From the NCBI GenBank assembly GCA_026705765.1, contig JAPPAB010000099.1, positions 14,833-78,832 of the forward strand: a DNA stretch of 64,000 nt. Reading direction: 5' to 3'. The notes beneath the pieces are model-generated. The model was not told the DNA's origin. It saw nothing but the letters and a program-made list of their open reading frames with translations, and did not search any database. This document shows, piece by piece, positions 47,417 to 57,426 of this stretch. How positions within the stretch are numbered: the stretch's first letter is position 1; each line of letters starts with the position of its first letter. The position numbers and the translations under genes are program-made. This DNA is from Gemmatimonadota bacterium. GTDB lineage: Bacteria > Latescibacterota > UBA2968.

Positions 47417-47980
47417 TCAAGGGTTTTTGAAGTGATCTGTTTCGGCGCGTGGCGGTCCGATGATTTCGTTGTAGATGATGGCTTTGCGGATGGTGTTGGG
47501 TTCAAAATCGAGTTTTATGCGTCGTTTTTTGCGTTTGGGACGCAGGAGTCGTTGGGTTTCTGATGCGCGTGTAAATGAGGTTTTGCCTTCGATGTAAGAC
47601 GATTCATCAGAGACCGGACGTTTGCCCTCTACTTCCTGGAATTCCGGTCCGGTATCCGCTTCGGAGACGGGACGCTTGCCGTGTATTTCTTGAAATTCTG
47701 GTCCTGTGTCCGCTTCGGAGACCGGGCGTTTGCCGTGTACCTCCTGGAATTCCGAAGGGGTTTTGGGTTCGGGTTCAGGTTCGGGAGATCCGAAGAGTAC
47801 TTCCCATTCAGAGAGGTCAAATTCCTCTTCAAAGGGGTCGTCGGCACCTGCGTCGCGGGACGTTTGCCTGCGCCGGAGTTTGGTTTCGTCGGGTTCTCTG
47901 GCGCCTCGCAGTTTTTTTATGAGCGAGGATAAAAGGCTAACGACGATAAAGATTATCGGTATGAGGAGTTCCAGGTCCAT
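47417..47980 (-). CDS. Membrane-anchored hypothetical protein with three tandem ~19-aa repeats (PEFQEVHGKRPVSEADTG)
   Basis: N-terminal transmembrane helix; three ~57-bp tandem nucleotide repeats at about 47605-47760. Confidence 0.45.
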   Translation of the reverse strand: MDLELLIPIIFIVVSLLSSLIKKLRGAREPDETKLRRRQTSRDAGADDPFEEEFDLSEWEVLFGSPEPEPEPKTPSEFQEVHGKRPVSEADTGPEFQEIHGKRPVSEADTGPEFQEVEGKRPVSDESSYIEGKTSFTRASETQRLLRPKRKKRRIKLDFEPNTIRKAIIYNEIIGPPRAETDHFKNP

Positions 47981-48075
47981 GATGTCGAGCCGCTATAAGG
48001 TTATGGTGTGTGTAAGAGGTGAGACGTAAGACGTAAGAGGACCGCCCGCCCCTCTCACGTCTCACGTTTTACGTC

Positions 48076-49062
48076 TTACCTGCCTTCATTATCGTCTTCT
48101 TCTTCGGTTTCACCGGCGATGCCTTCGCGCATTTGCGTGTCGGCTTCGATGTTGCGCATGCGGTAGTAGTCCATGATGCCCATGTTGCCACTGCGGAAGG
48201 CGTCGGACATTGCAAGCGGGACTTCGGCTTCGGCTTCGACGACGCGGGCGCGCATTTCTTCAACACGGGCTGCCATTTCTTGTTCGAGTGCAACGGCCAT
48301 TGCTCTGCGTTCTTCGGCGCGCGCCTGTGCGATGTTTTTGTCGGCTTCGGCCTGGTCTGTCTGGAGTTTTGCGCCGATGTTGTCGCCCACATCCACGTCG
48401 GCGATGTCGATGGAGAGGATTTCGTAGGCGGTGCCCGAGTCGAGGCCCTTGTCGAGTACGGTTTTGGAGATCATGTCGGGGTTTTCGAGTACGTCTTTGT
48501 GGGTTTCCGAAGAGCCGATGGTGGTGACGATGCCTTCGCCTACGCGGGCCATGATGGTTTCTTCACCTGCACCGCCGACGAGGCGTTCTATGTTGGCGCG
48601 AACCGTGACGCGAGAGGTGGCTTTGACCTGTATGCCGTCTTTGGCTACGGCGGTGACCATGGGGGTGGAGATGACTTTGGGGTTGACGCTGACCTGTACG
48701 GCTTCGAGTACGTCGCGTCCGGCAAGGTCGATGGCGGCGGCGCGTTCGCCGGTGAGGCCAATGCCGGCTTTGTCTGCGGCGATGAGTGCGTTGACGACGT
48801 TTTCGACATGTCCGCCGGCGAGGTAGTGGGCTTCGAGAAATGCAGTGGGGATGTCGAGGCCCGCTTTGGTTGCGTTGATTTGCGAGCCGAGGATGATGCG
48901 CGGGGGCACGCGACGCAAGCGCATGCCGATGAGTTCGATGATGCCGATGCGCACGCGCGCAGCCAGGGCAGAGATCCAGAGGCCCACGGGGATGAAGTAT
49001 AAGAAGAGGGAGAGTGCCAGAATACCTGCAGCAACTATAAGAAGGGGAATAATCGCTTCCAT
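48076..49062 (-). CDS. floA: Flotillin-like protein FloA (UPF0365/SPFH family)
   Basis: Near-collinear similarity to Bacillus FloA/YqfA: [76 protein letters not shown]. Confidence 0.85.
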   Translation of the reverse strand: MEAIIPLLIVAAGILALSLFLYFIPVGLWISALAARVRIGIIELIGMRLRRVPPRIILGSQINATKAGLDIPTAFLEAHYLAGGHVENVVNALIAADKAGIGLTGERAAAIDLAGRDVLEAVQVSVNPKVISTPMVTAVAKDGIQVKATSRVTVRANIERLVGGAGEETIMARVGEGIVTTIGSSETHKDVLENPDMISKTVLDKGLDSGTAYEILSIDIADVDVGDNIGAKLQTDQAEADKNIAQARAEERRAMAVALEQEMAARVEEMRARVVEAEAEVPLAMSDAFRSGNMGIMDYYRMRNIEADTQMREGIAGETEEEDDNEGR

Positions 49063-49089
49063 GAAAAGCTCCTTAAAAAATGGTCGGTC

Positions 49090-50424
49090 TTATGTGTCTT
49101 CTATTTTTCGCACAATGACGCGACTGCCTTCGACTTCGATGATTGTGACGGGTGTGTCTTTGGTTAAGTATTCGCCTTCGGTCGATACGCTGATGCGACG
49201 ACCATCAAATACGCCAGTGCCTCCGGGGCGCAGGTCTGTGAATGCGGTGCCCGATACGCCTAAGAGGTCGCTGTAGGGGGCCGCGACATATCCTTCGGAA
49301 GATTTTTCTTCGATGTCGAGTACGAGGCGGTTCCACATTCTGGAGTTCGGGAGGGATCGCAGGATGAGTATGGCCAGGACACCGGTGAGGATCACAGAGA
49401 GGAGCAAGGGGGTGAGTGCGGCGCTGATGTCGTCCCAGGTCCAGAGGTCAAAGCGGCCCATGAGGCTTAAGAACAGGCTGGTTAAGACCAGGATTGCGCC
49501 GGGAATGGCGAGCAGGCCAAAGCCGACGACAAAGAACAGGTCGAGGAGGATGAGCGCGATGCCGAGAAAGAAGATGAGTATTTCAGACCAGCCAGCGAGG
49601 TTGACGAGGAGGTGGCTGCCGAAGAACAGGCCCAGGCAGATTAAGCCGATGGTGCCGCCGATGCCCCAGCCCGGGCTTTGGATTTCGAATATCAGGCCCA
49701 GAAATCCCAGGGTCATGAGCAGCGAGGCCAGGTAGGGGTTGGTGAGATAGCGCACGACTTGTTCGGCCCAGTTGGTCGATTGGTGGATGACGCTGGCTTG
49801 CACGAGGTCGTAGTGTTTGAGTACGGCGATGAGTTTTTCCGATTCGTTTTTTTCGGAGATTTTGTGGTCGGCGATGCCCTGTTCAACAGCTTCTTTAGTG
49901 GTGAGGGTGAGTAGCTTGCCTTTGGGTGCCAGGCCCTCGATATCGACGTCTTCATCGACCATGGCTTCGGCCAGTTTGGAGGAGCGCCCGGTTTTTTCGG
50001 CTGTGGCTTTCATTTCGTTGCGGAAATACGAGATGATTTTTTCACTGGCTTTGTTGCCCTGCATATCGACGGCTGTGGCCGCGCCAATGGTGCCGCCTTC
50101 GACCATGATGATGTGGTCGGCAGACAGAGAGATGAGGGCGCCTGCAGATATGGCGCGGGGGTTGATGAAGGCGATGGTTTTGATTTCGCTGTAGAGGATG
50201 GCGTCCCGGATGGTGAGCGCGGCATCGAGGGCACCGCCAGGGGTGTCGATTTCAAAGATGACGGCTTTGACGCCCGCGTCTTCTGCGTCGCTCATGACGC
50301 GCGTGACAAAAGCGGCAACGCCGCCCTCAATGGTGCCGTTGATTTTGGCGACGTGTACTTCTTCTGCCCGGGCGGGCAAACCGAGTCCGAGAAGGAGTAC
50401 GAGGAGTGTGAGTACGGGTTTCAT
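49090..50424 (-). CDS. nfeD: NfeD family membrane protease (FloA partner)
   Basis: Signal peptide, ClpP-like domain (IDTPGG), membrane segments and a C-terminal OB-fold. Start ATG at 50424 with SD GGAGG. Confidence 0.7.
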   Translation of the reverse strand: MKPVLTLLVLLLGLGLPARAEEVHVAKINGTIEGGVAAFVTRVMSDAEDAGVKAVIFEIDTPGGALDAALTIRDAILYSEIKTIAFINPRAISAGALISLSADHIIMVEGGTIGAATAVDMQGNKASEKIISYFRNEMKATAEKTGRSSKLAEAMVDEDVDIEGLAPKGKLLTLTTKEAVEQGIADHKISEKNESEKLIAVLKHYDLVQASVIHQSTNWAEQVVRYLTNPYLASLLMTLGFLGLIFEIQSPGWGIGGTIGLICLGLFFGSHLLVNLAGWSEILIFFLGIALILLDLFFVVGFGLLAIPGAILVLTSLFLSLMGRFDLWTWDDISAALTPLLLSVILTGVLAILILRSLPNSRMWNRLVLDIEEKSSEGYVAAPYSDLLGVSGTAFTDLRPGGTGVFDGRRISVSTEGEYLTKDTPVTIIEVEGSRVIVRKIEDT

Positions 50425-50578
50425 GAATAAGTTCCTCCACAATATATTCTCATATACCGTATATTGAGGTCGTTGTCAATGGTTTTGAGGTTTGATGCGC
50501 GAGGCGAGGGATGGGTTGCAGATGGAAGGCTATTGCTTGACACTATAAGCGTTTTCCTGTATTTTTCTCGCCCTGATA

Positions 50579-52216
50579 TTATGTGGCGGCATAGCTCAGC
50601 TGGTAGAGCAGTGGAATCATAATCCATGGGTCGGGGGTTCGAGTCCCTCTGCCGCTACCAAACGTATCGTCTCGCAGAACTTCTGACCTGTCCGGTTCAT
50701 GACAGGAACGAAATAAAGCGAGTTGAATCTCATCAGGGGTATAAATCAGTTGGTTGATGTGTAGCCTTAACAGGTCTTTCTGTTCCTCTGGTGTGGCTTC
50801 ATTATATAATTCTTCAAAGGTCATAAGTTTTTGCTTCATTTGAGCAACACTTATGGCCTTTTGTTTTGCCTCTGCCAGAGTTGCCTCGTTCTCCATCATC
50901 TCCTGTTCTATTTGGCTTTTTTGTTCTTCGAGGGCAATAATTTTCTGACTGATGGTTTTAAGGCCGACCTGCTGACCAGCGATGCTTTCCACCAGGACAT
51001 CCAGCTTCTTCTCAATATCTTTGAGGTTCCTGCGATGATTTTCCTGTGCTTGCCTTAAGGTTTTCATACGCTCCGATTGGCTTGTCGTAGCTTCTGCGAT
51101 AAGCTCTTGAACACGTTTTTGATCATCACTGAGTTGAATTAACCGATCAGCGACTACTTGTTCAAGGGCCGGTGCAGACACCGGCTTCATTTTGCATTCT
51201 TCGTTTCCACGATGGATTTTACAGGTGCAATGGTAGTAGAAATAGGGCTTTTTTTGGTGGTTTCGAGCCTGCGAAGGGGTCATGTGAGACTGGCACCAGC
51301 CACATTTAATCAGACCTTGAAGTAAGAAGGGGTGAAGGTTTTGTTTCCTCCCTCTTGTCCCAGAGACTCGGTTCGTTTCTATAACGGCTTGCACTTTATT
51401 CCACAATTCCATCGGGACAAGAGGATCATGCTGGCCTTCATATACCTTACCTTTGTGAGTAATTTTTCCAATATAAAATTCATTTTGGAGCATACGCATA
51501 ATCTGTGTCTTATTGAATTTTTTGCCAGAATAGACCTTATCCCTTCTCGACACATACGATTTTGTACGATAGCCTTTTTCATTTATGATTCGGGCTACGG
51601 CACGAAAACTTTGCTCTTTGACGTACGTCTGAAAAATTAAGATCACCAGTTCTCGTTCTGCTTCATTGGGCTTTAGAACGCCCTTGTTGTCCGGATCAAT
51701 GTCGTATCCAAGGAGGTGCTGTCCGCCATTACGTAGGCCCTTCTCAGCACGCCACTGCATTTTTTCTTTCGTGCGCTCACTGGTACGTTCTCTTTCTAAT
51801 TCAGCCGTTGCGAGAGAAATTGAGAGAGCAAACCGACCCATAGCGGTTGAGGTATCCCAATTCTCATTGATTGAAATGAATATGGTTTCGTTTTCTTCTA
51901 AAAATTCGTGGAATTGATAAAAGTCGATGATAGACCGGCTGACGCGATCAATTTTTGTGCATAACACCGCGTCAATCTTACCCTGCTCAATGTCTCGAAC
52001 CATTCGCTTGTATCCAGGGCGGTCTAAATTCTTACCCGATTTGCCTTCCTCACGATAGATTGCCACCGCTTTCCATTCTTCTTCTGGCGATGTGGAATCC
52101 TTGATTTCGACGTACTTCTGAAGCAGATCAATTTGGGTGTCCAAACTGCCATTTTTCACTTCGGCTTGCAGGTCGGTTGAGACCCGTGCATAAAGGCCAC
52201 ATTTTACCATATCCAT
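50579..52216 (-). CDS. Large serine recombinase (resolvase/invertase catalytic domain, recombinase domain, zinc ribbon)
   Basis: N-terminal YARVSTDLQ catalytic Ser motif, recombinase domain, Cys-rich zinc ribbon (CGWCQ...CTC), coiled coil. The last ~26 codons run antisense through the tRNA-Met gene with no in-frame stop. Confidence 0.8.
   Translation of the reverse strand: MDMVKCGLYARVSTDLQAEVKNGSLDTQIDLLQKYVEIKDSTSPEEEWKAVAIYREEGKSGKNLDRPGYKRMVRDIEQGKIDAVLCTKIDRVSRSIIDFYQFHEFLEENETIFISINENWDTSTAMGRFALSISLATAELERERTSERTKEKMQWRAEKGLRNGGQHLLGYDIDPDNKGVLKPNEAERELVILIFQTYVKEQSFRAVARIINEKGYRTKSYVSRRDKVYSGKKFNKTQIMRMLQNEFYIGKITHKGKVYEGQHDPLVPMELWNKVQAVIETNRVSGTRGRKQNLHPFLLQGLIKCGWCQSHMTPSQARNHQKKPYFYYHCTCKIHRGNEECKMKPVSAPALEQVVADRLIQLSDDQKRVQELIAEATTSQSERMKTLRQAQENHRRNLKDIEKKLDVLVESIAGQQVGLKTISQKIIALEEQKSQIEQEMMENEATLAEAKQKAISVAQMKQKLMTFEELYNEATPEEQKDLLRLHINQLIYTPDEIQLALFRSCHEPDRSEVLRDDTFGSGRGTRTPDPWIMIPLLYQLSYAAT
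50585..50660 (+). tRNA. tRNA-Met (anticodon CAT; elongator Met or tRNA-Ile2 type, probably not initiator)
   Basis: Manual fold: acceptor GGCGGCA, D-arm GCTC/GAGC, anticodon stem GTGGA/TCCAT with loop ATCATAA, T-arm GGGGG-TTCGAGT-CCCTC, CCA. G1-C72 pairing and absence of a 3xGC anticodon stem argue against initiator. Confidence 0.8.
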
Positions 52217-52314
52217 CCCCTTTGCTCTGTATTGTTTTATTTGGGAATTATATATAAATATATCTCCCGTCTATTTATTACAAATATACTTAAAAACAAT
52301 GCTTTATGCAACAT

Positions 52315-52524
52315 TTAATCACTGCCTTCACTTCCAGAAATACTGTTCAGAGTTGGTTTTTCCAACCTCCTCATATAAATGGTTTGACAGAGTTCTTTCA
52401 AGTGATCCATCCGTTCTTCGGGGGATAATTGGGCATAGGGGTTTTGGAGATTTGGAGCACCTTCTTCTATGACCGTAACAGGGATATTGTCCCAGTCGAT
52501 TTTTTGTCGTTTTGCCATAATCAC
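52315..52524 (-). CDS. Small hypothetical protein
   Basis: 69-aa ORF in an AT-rich region. Confidence 0.3.
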   Translation of the reverse strand: MIMAKRQKIDWDNIPVTVIEEGAPNLQNPYAQLSPEERMDHLKELCQTIYMRRLEKPTLNSISGSEGSD

Positions 52525-52594
52525 ACCTTTCTTTTTCTCAGGTGTGGTTTTTCCTACTCCCTGATATTGTTTTTAATGATTTGTTTTTGGAGTT

Positions 52595-52759
52595 TTATTT
52601 GTGCTGCACATCTTGTTTCAGAGCGTCTATTTTAATGGACTGCTCTTTCACAATATTGATTAACTCACCTTTCTGAATACGCAGTGTAATTGACCCCCAA
52701 AAAGAGGTGTCGAGTTCTTTCAGAAGTTGCGAAATTTCTTTGATTACCTGTGTTTTCAT
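52595..52759 (-). CDS. DUF2292 (YezD-like) small protein
   Basis: 54 aa MKTQVIKEISQLLKELDTSFWGSITLRIQKGELINIVKEQSIKID, with SD GGAG 7 nt upstream. The WGSITLxIQxGxLxxI core resembles YezD. Not in the ORF track (under 60 aa). Confidence 0.45.
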   Translation of the reverse strand: MKTQVIKEISQLLKELDTSFWGSITLRIQKGELINIVKEQSIKIDALKQDVQHK

Positions 52760-53633
52760 TTGTTGATCTCCTTCAGCGGCGTTGGCATTCAGCTTTGCCC
52801 ATTCGTCATCAAAGCCGCCTGATCTTGTCCAAATACGCCTTCACTTGGCCTCGAAAGATGCCGTGCTGGTGGCCCGGAAATAACTTGTCTGTCAACGCAT
52901 TTGCCGCCCGTTGAGATACACCCGCCTTTTTCTTATCGACTCCCAAAAGCCTTCTGATCTTGTCCTCATTGTAATCTGTCCAATTATCAAACCGATCCAG
53001 TGCCCAGCGATATGTTCAATTTTCACCATGCCCAAATAACCTCATTTGATAACAAGCCTGCCTGTCCAGTGCCCGACCACGCCGCCTGGTGGTCCTCTCT
53101 TTTTCCCTCTCAATCTCAATCACTTGGTTCAATGCCTGAGCAGATTTTGCCAAGCTCGCCGCATCAATTCGATAAGGCATTGTCGCCCATTGGATCACAA
53201 GTTTCTGTAAAGTCATTTTTGCCCTCACAGGTTGGGGGGTTTTTGGTTGCCGTTGTCCTTTGGTTTTTGCGCTATATTTTTCGACGCTCCGCGCCGGTCA
53301 GTTTGACTCTCGGTTTCCATAAGCTCGAGTACGCCGCCATCCCGAAATCTGTCTCCCTTCACCAACAGGTGCTATAGGTGTGCGAGGATCTTCATCATGT
53401 GCATCTTCCTCCTCGTACTCTGTACCTCCGCAGTGACTGCGGAGAGGGTTTTTGAAGTCAAGATTTTCCCAGGGACTCACACAGTGCGTTTTATATTGAC
53501 GCCTACAATCTTCTATTCAGTACTTCTTATATTATGTCCACCTCTAGAGCGGGTATCCTACCAGACGTAGAGGTGGTAAGTTTCAACCAGATGGTCGCAC
53601 GGAAGCCTACCACCTCTAGAGCGGGTATAGGTG

Positions 53634-54161
53634 TTAGAGGGGCGGAAAGGGTTTAAATTGTTTGTATTCCTGATGGCGGATCGCATCTGCTGCATAGATC
53701 GCTTCATTCCGCTCAAGCAACTTCGCTCGCTCTTCAGCCCTCAAGGCTTTGGCAGCGGCAAAGTCATCCATCCACTGGTGTCTGCGCAGGTAGTGTACAG
53801 ACGATACATTACCGGTACTAAAGAAGCCTTTTCCCTTTCCTTTTCGCCTTATGCGACCAATAAGCCCTAGGTCTAAGAGTTTTTTGGTTGCCTTCTCGAC
53901 GGTTGTCTTGCTCTTGGCACCTATGTCCTGAGCGATTGTTACATTGCTTACCCAGGTGAAAGCCCCATTTCCATATCCCATAGACATACTGCAATAGGTC
54001 TTGAGGACGCCATAGACACATTTTGCACTGTAGGGCACTTCATTGACGGGACGGCACATCAGCCACTTGGGTGTCATAAAAAACTCTTCATCGGACACAT
54101 TCAGGGCCTTGTCGTCCTTTTCTATCTCCTCCTGATAATACTTCATGACATCACTAAACAT
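53634..54161 (-). CDS. Hypothetical protein with probable winged-helix DNA-binding region
   Basis: Central helix-turn-wing segment (VTIAQDIGAKSKTTVEKATKKLLDLGLIGRIRRKG); basic region follows. Confidence 0.4.
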   Translation of the reverse strand: MFSDVMKYYQEEIEKDDKALNVSDEEFFMTPKWLMCRPVNEVPYSAKCVYGVLKTYCSMSMGYGNGAFTWVSNVTIAQDIGAKSKTTVEKATKKLLDLGLIGRIRRKGKGKGFFSTGNVSSVHYLRRHQWMDDFAAAKALRAEERAKLLERNEAIYAADAIRHQEYKQFKPFPPL

Positions 54162-54546
54162 CTCTCTTTCCCTCTTGTTGTACCCCCGACCGGGTACGGA
54201 GACAGATTAAAAAAACATTTTTATTTGCTAATTTCATTTTCGTTCGTATCTTAACATTGAATACTCAATGGGGGTTCTTTGGGTGTTCTTTGCAAGCTAT
54301 TCTCTGTGCCGTCGGCTCCCTACAAGCCTGACGGCACTTTTTTTACCTCTCGTCGGATGATAAAAAACATAGGTCGTTGCAACTCAAATTTCAACCCCAA
54401 AAATAATTTGTCGCAAATTTCCCACTTTTTCTGATAGAAAAACTTTTTTCTTGTCTGCTGTGGAAAGTTCTGCGTATATTTACGTATATACACAATAGGA
54501 ATTTTCTAAGTATCGGTCAAGTCAAACACGAGAGAGGAAGCCAAGT

Positions 54547-55590
54547 ATGGACAACGCATTGACCACCAGGCCGCACAGCGCGGTCGATAAAACGTCCCAG
54601 ACACTTCAACCGGGATCCATCGCCCACAACACAAAGCGGATGTATTGCCACGCTACCACGCACTTTTTGAATTGGTGCGAGAAGATCGACCAGGCCGCAC
54701 AAACCAGCGGCGACCTCGACGGGGTACTTATGCAAGCCGCCGTGCGCTTTCACGGCAAACATGTCACGCCCGAAGAAATCAATCAATATCTGACACATCT
54801 GCACCTCAATGGCAAAAGCCCTGCATCCATCGCTAGCGTCCTGACAGCGATCAAATTCATGGCCCGACACACAGGCACGTCCATTGACTTTTTGCCAGCA
54901 GACACAACGCTGAAGGGCATCAAGCGCAATGCCGAGGCGCAAGCGCGAGGTCGCGGCCAAGCCACTGGTATCAAAGTCGATGACGCTATAACGATGGCGA
55001 CCATCGCAGACAGTCCCGCGCATACCTCACCGACCGACAGCAAAGAGACACCAGAGAAGGCATGGATCCGCCGAGCGCGTGATGCCGCTATCATTCTCAC
55101 AATGAGCAATGGACTTTTGAGGATTTCAGAGGTTGGCGCGATCCTATGCGAGCATATCAGTACTCGAGAAAACGGATCGGGCAGTCTTCTAATCCCGCGC
55201 TTAAAGACTGACCAAGAAGCCGAAGGGCGAGAAGTCTATCTGCAAAAGCGGACAATCAAAGCAATCGAAAAATACCAGCGGCTCTCTGGCGTGAGTGACG
55301 GCCCACTGTTCAGGCGCATCTATCAAAACAGCAAAATGGGCAAAGACGCGCTCGGTATCACTGCGATACGGGATATGATCAAAGACGTGGCCGAAAAAGC
55401 GCAAATAGATGTTACCGGAATTTCAGGCCACAGCTTCAGGGTGGGAACAGCGCAAACACTCGTGGAGAAAAAAGCGACAATGCTACAACTCCAGACGGCT
55501 GGCAGGTGGAAAGATACGCGAATGCCAGCCAGATATACCGAGAAAGAGGAATTGGCAAAAGGTGTGATTGCCACAATCCTAGGGGAATAG
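54547..55590 (+). CDS. Tyrosine-type site-specific recombinase/integrase
   Basis: GHSFRVGTAQ (HxxR) and C-terminal RMPARYTE catalytic Tyr region; N-terminal core-binding domain. Confidence 0.8.
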   Translation: MDNALTTRPHSAVDKTSQTLQPGSIAHNTKRMYCHATTHFLNWCEKIDQAAQTSGDLDGVLMQAAVRFHGKHVTPEEINQYLTHLHLNGKSPASIASVLTAIKFMARHTGTSIDFLPADTTLKGIKRNAEAQARGRGQATGIKVDDAITMATIADSPAHTSPTDSKETPEKAWIRRARDAAIILTMSNGLLRISEVGAILCEHISTRENGSGSLLIPRLKTDQEAEGREVYLQKRTIKAIEKYQRLSGVSDGPLFRRIYQNSKMGKDALGITAIRDMIKDVAEKAQIDVTGISGHSFRVGTAQTLVEKKATMLQLQTAGRWKDTRMPARYTEKEELAKGVIATILGE

Positions 55591-55662
55591 AAAAGGGACC
55601 AAACAATTTGAATTGTTCAAACGTATCAACCTCAAAATTCAGAGTGAGCGCACAAAAAAGTC

Positions 55663-55699
55663 TGGCGAGCCATTCGATTAAAATGGCTCGCCAGACTCA
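55663..55699. repeat. Perfect 15-bp inverted repeat (stem-loop)
   Basis: GTCTGGCGAGCCATT-cgattaa-AATGGCTCGCCAGAC, preceded by an A-run. Confidence 0.7.
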
Positions 55700-55973
55700 G
55701 CACGACACAATTTTGTATTGACTTCATGCTGGCAAATGTACAGTGTTTACAAGAGCAAGTTTTGGCTTCAACTGTTCAGCATTCGCAATAACACTTTCGA
55801 CTCCAGAACTGATATTGCATGTCTCTTTGATGTTGCTGTTCTATACGCTAGAATTTCCAGAATAGATCGTGCTGGTCTAATTCATTGTCCAGCAATTCAT
55901 TTTGTAATCGCACAGGCTCAGGCAACCGACACAGCGATTCGATAAGCAGAAACAAACTTTTAGCTCAATGAGT

Positions 55974-56633
55974 TTATATTTCAAATCCTCCTCTTTTATC
56001 AATGCGAGAAATAACACCTTTAAATTCAAAAATTATTTTAATCTTCTCCAATATCATTAACATAAATATCATTCGTAAAGATTCTTTAGGAAACACCGCC
56101 TCAATTTCTTCTATCAATTTTCGTTTACCATCGTCTCTGTGGTATTCGTACGCATTTAACCATGCCATCAAAACTTCCTCACTGTTGACCATCAATTCTC
56201 CATAAGTAATTCTCAACGATTTCCGAAAATGTTTATTAGAAAACACATCTTTGACAGATCGGAAGTATTGAGTCATCAATGGGTGTCTCATATTACAACT
56301 AAGCAAATCTACCATCTTATTAAAATAAAAAGGCTCTGGATACCTCCTACTCCCCTGAAGTATAAATGGTCTCAACCTATGTAAGATTCCTGAACGACGT
56401 AAAATATCAATATTTGATTTCTCCACCAATTCAACACTATCATCATCAAAATCTATCTTCACGCTCCCACTAACTTTCAAACCTCCACATCTCTGAATCA
56501 AATTAAAAAATTCATCTACTTCATTACAGAACCCTAATAGCGTTTCCCATGCCTCACCAGGAATATTTCCTCTAATTGTTTTTCCAGAGGACTCACCTTT
56601 TATGGTAATACTGTACGATTTATCCATTATCAA
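55974..56633 (-). CDS. Hypothetical protein, very AT-rich cargo gene
   Basis: 219 aa with no recognisable domain; about 30-35% GC versus about 58% for the host. Confidence 0.45.
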   Translation of the reverse strand: MIMDKSYSITIKGESSGKTIRGNIPGEAWETLLGFCNEVDEFFNLIQRCGGLKVSGSVKIDFDDDSVELVEKSNIDILRRSGILHRLRPFILQGSRRYPEPFYFNKMVDLLSCNMRHPLMTQYFRSVKDVFSNKHFRKSLRITYGELMVNSEEVLMAWLNAYEYHRDDGKRKLIEEIEAVFPKESLRMIFMLMILEKIKIIFEFKGVISRIDKRGGFEI

Positions 56634-56828
56634 TACCCAATTTCTCTTTCGCTTCTTCTGACTTAACAGGCGTCACTACCACCTTTGCCAATTCCTCAGC
56701 CGTATAAGGAAATTGAGGCCACCCTACCTCCTCATTTCCCTGCTCTTTACACTACTAATCACCTATACTATAAACCAAAATCAATCACCCCAAAATCACC
56801 GGCACTATTGAATATAAGTCCCATTTGT

Positions 56829-57323
56829 TTAGCTATCGCCTCCGGTATATTTCTTCGCTCGTTTACCTGTCTGTTTTATGTCAATAAAGAACGATGTTGC
56901 AAGGAATCCAGTGATAAAAGAGAATAGCCAGAGAATGAAATAAAACACATTGCCATTGTCTCGATAACGCTTCAAATCTTCCGTTTCTTTGTCAAATTCC
57001 GCTTTCTTTCTTTCGATTTCCTCTTGCTCTTTCTTTCTCGCCTCTATTTTTAGTTTGGGCACGTCATATTTTCGCATAAATGTATATGCGACCTCTTTTT
57101 CCTCAGTACCCCTCTTAAACCATCGGTATTCACCAGCCAGAATTTGATATGGCTCTCTGCCGCTATGTGGTTCTCTAATAATCGCCTTTGCCATAATGCG
57201 AAGATTGAGATTAGGCGAGTCTATGTATTCCCTCATATCCTCTCGGATAGACTCATTGATTTGTTCTCGTGTCATCACATCCACTTTCTGAAGGAAATTA
57301 CTGGAAAGCCCATTACTCAGCAA
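56829..57323 (-). CDS. Hypothetical coiled-coil protein with C-terminal transmembrane segment, AT-rich cargo gene
   Basis: KEQEEIERKKAEFDKETEDLKRY coiled coil and FYFILWLFSFITGFLATSFFI transmembrane helix; the start may be the internal Met (MTREQ). Confidence 0.4.
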   Translation of the reverse strand: MLSNGLSSNFLQKVDVMTREQINESIREDMREYIDSPNLNLRIMAKAIIREPHSGREPYQILAGEYRWFKRGTEEKEVAYTFMRKYDVPKLKIEARKKEQEEIERKKAEFDKETEDLKRYRDNGNVFYFILWLFSFITGFLATSFFIDIKQTGKRAKKYTGGDS

Positions 57324-57426
57324 ACACTTGATTATATATAGTTGAAGTTATGGTTGGTTGTCAATAAAGTCTTTGATAGCGAGGCTGGCAAAGTCAGATC
57401 GTATTGTTGAGACAGATACCCGATAA

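Noticed and set aside
50579-50660. Possibility that the tRNA-Met call is an artefact of the recombinase coding sequence
   Set aside because: The cloverleaf is canonical (7/4/5/5-bp stems, TTCGAGT T-loop, CCA). Both features are retained; the overlap is reported as a finding instead.
52429-53480. Several 60-125-aa ORFs (52429..52635+, 53000..53377+, 53016..53228-, 53298..53480-) in the gene-poor stretch of the mobile element
   Set aside because: Overlapping, mutually exclusive frames with odd composition; more consistent with decayed pseudogene remnants than functional genes. The DUF2292-like 54-aa ORF on the minus strand is the only convincing gene here.
56685-56927. 80-aa plus-strand ORF overlapping the 3' end of the AT-rich minus-strand cargo gene
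   Set aside because: It overlaps a longer, better-formed ORF on the opposite strand and has a Pro/Tyr-rich low-complexity start; judged spurious.
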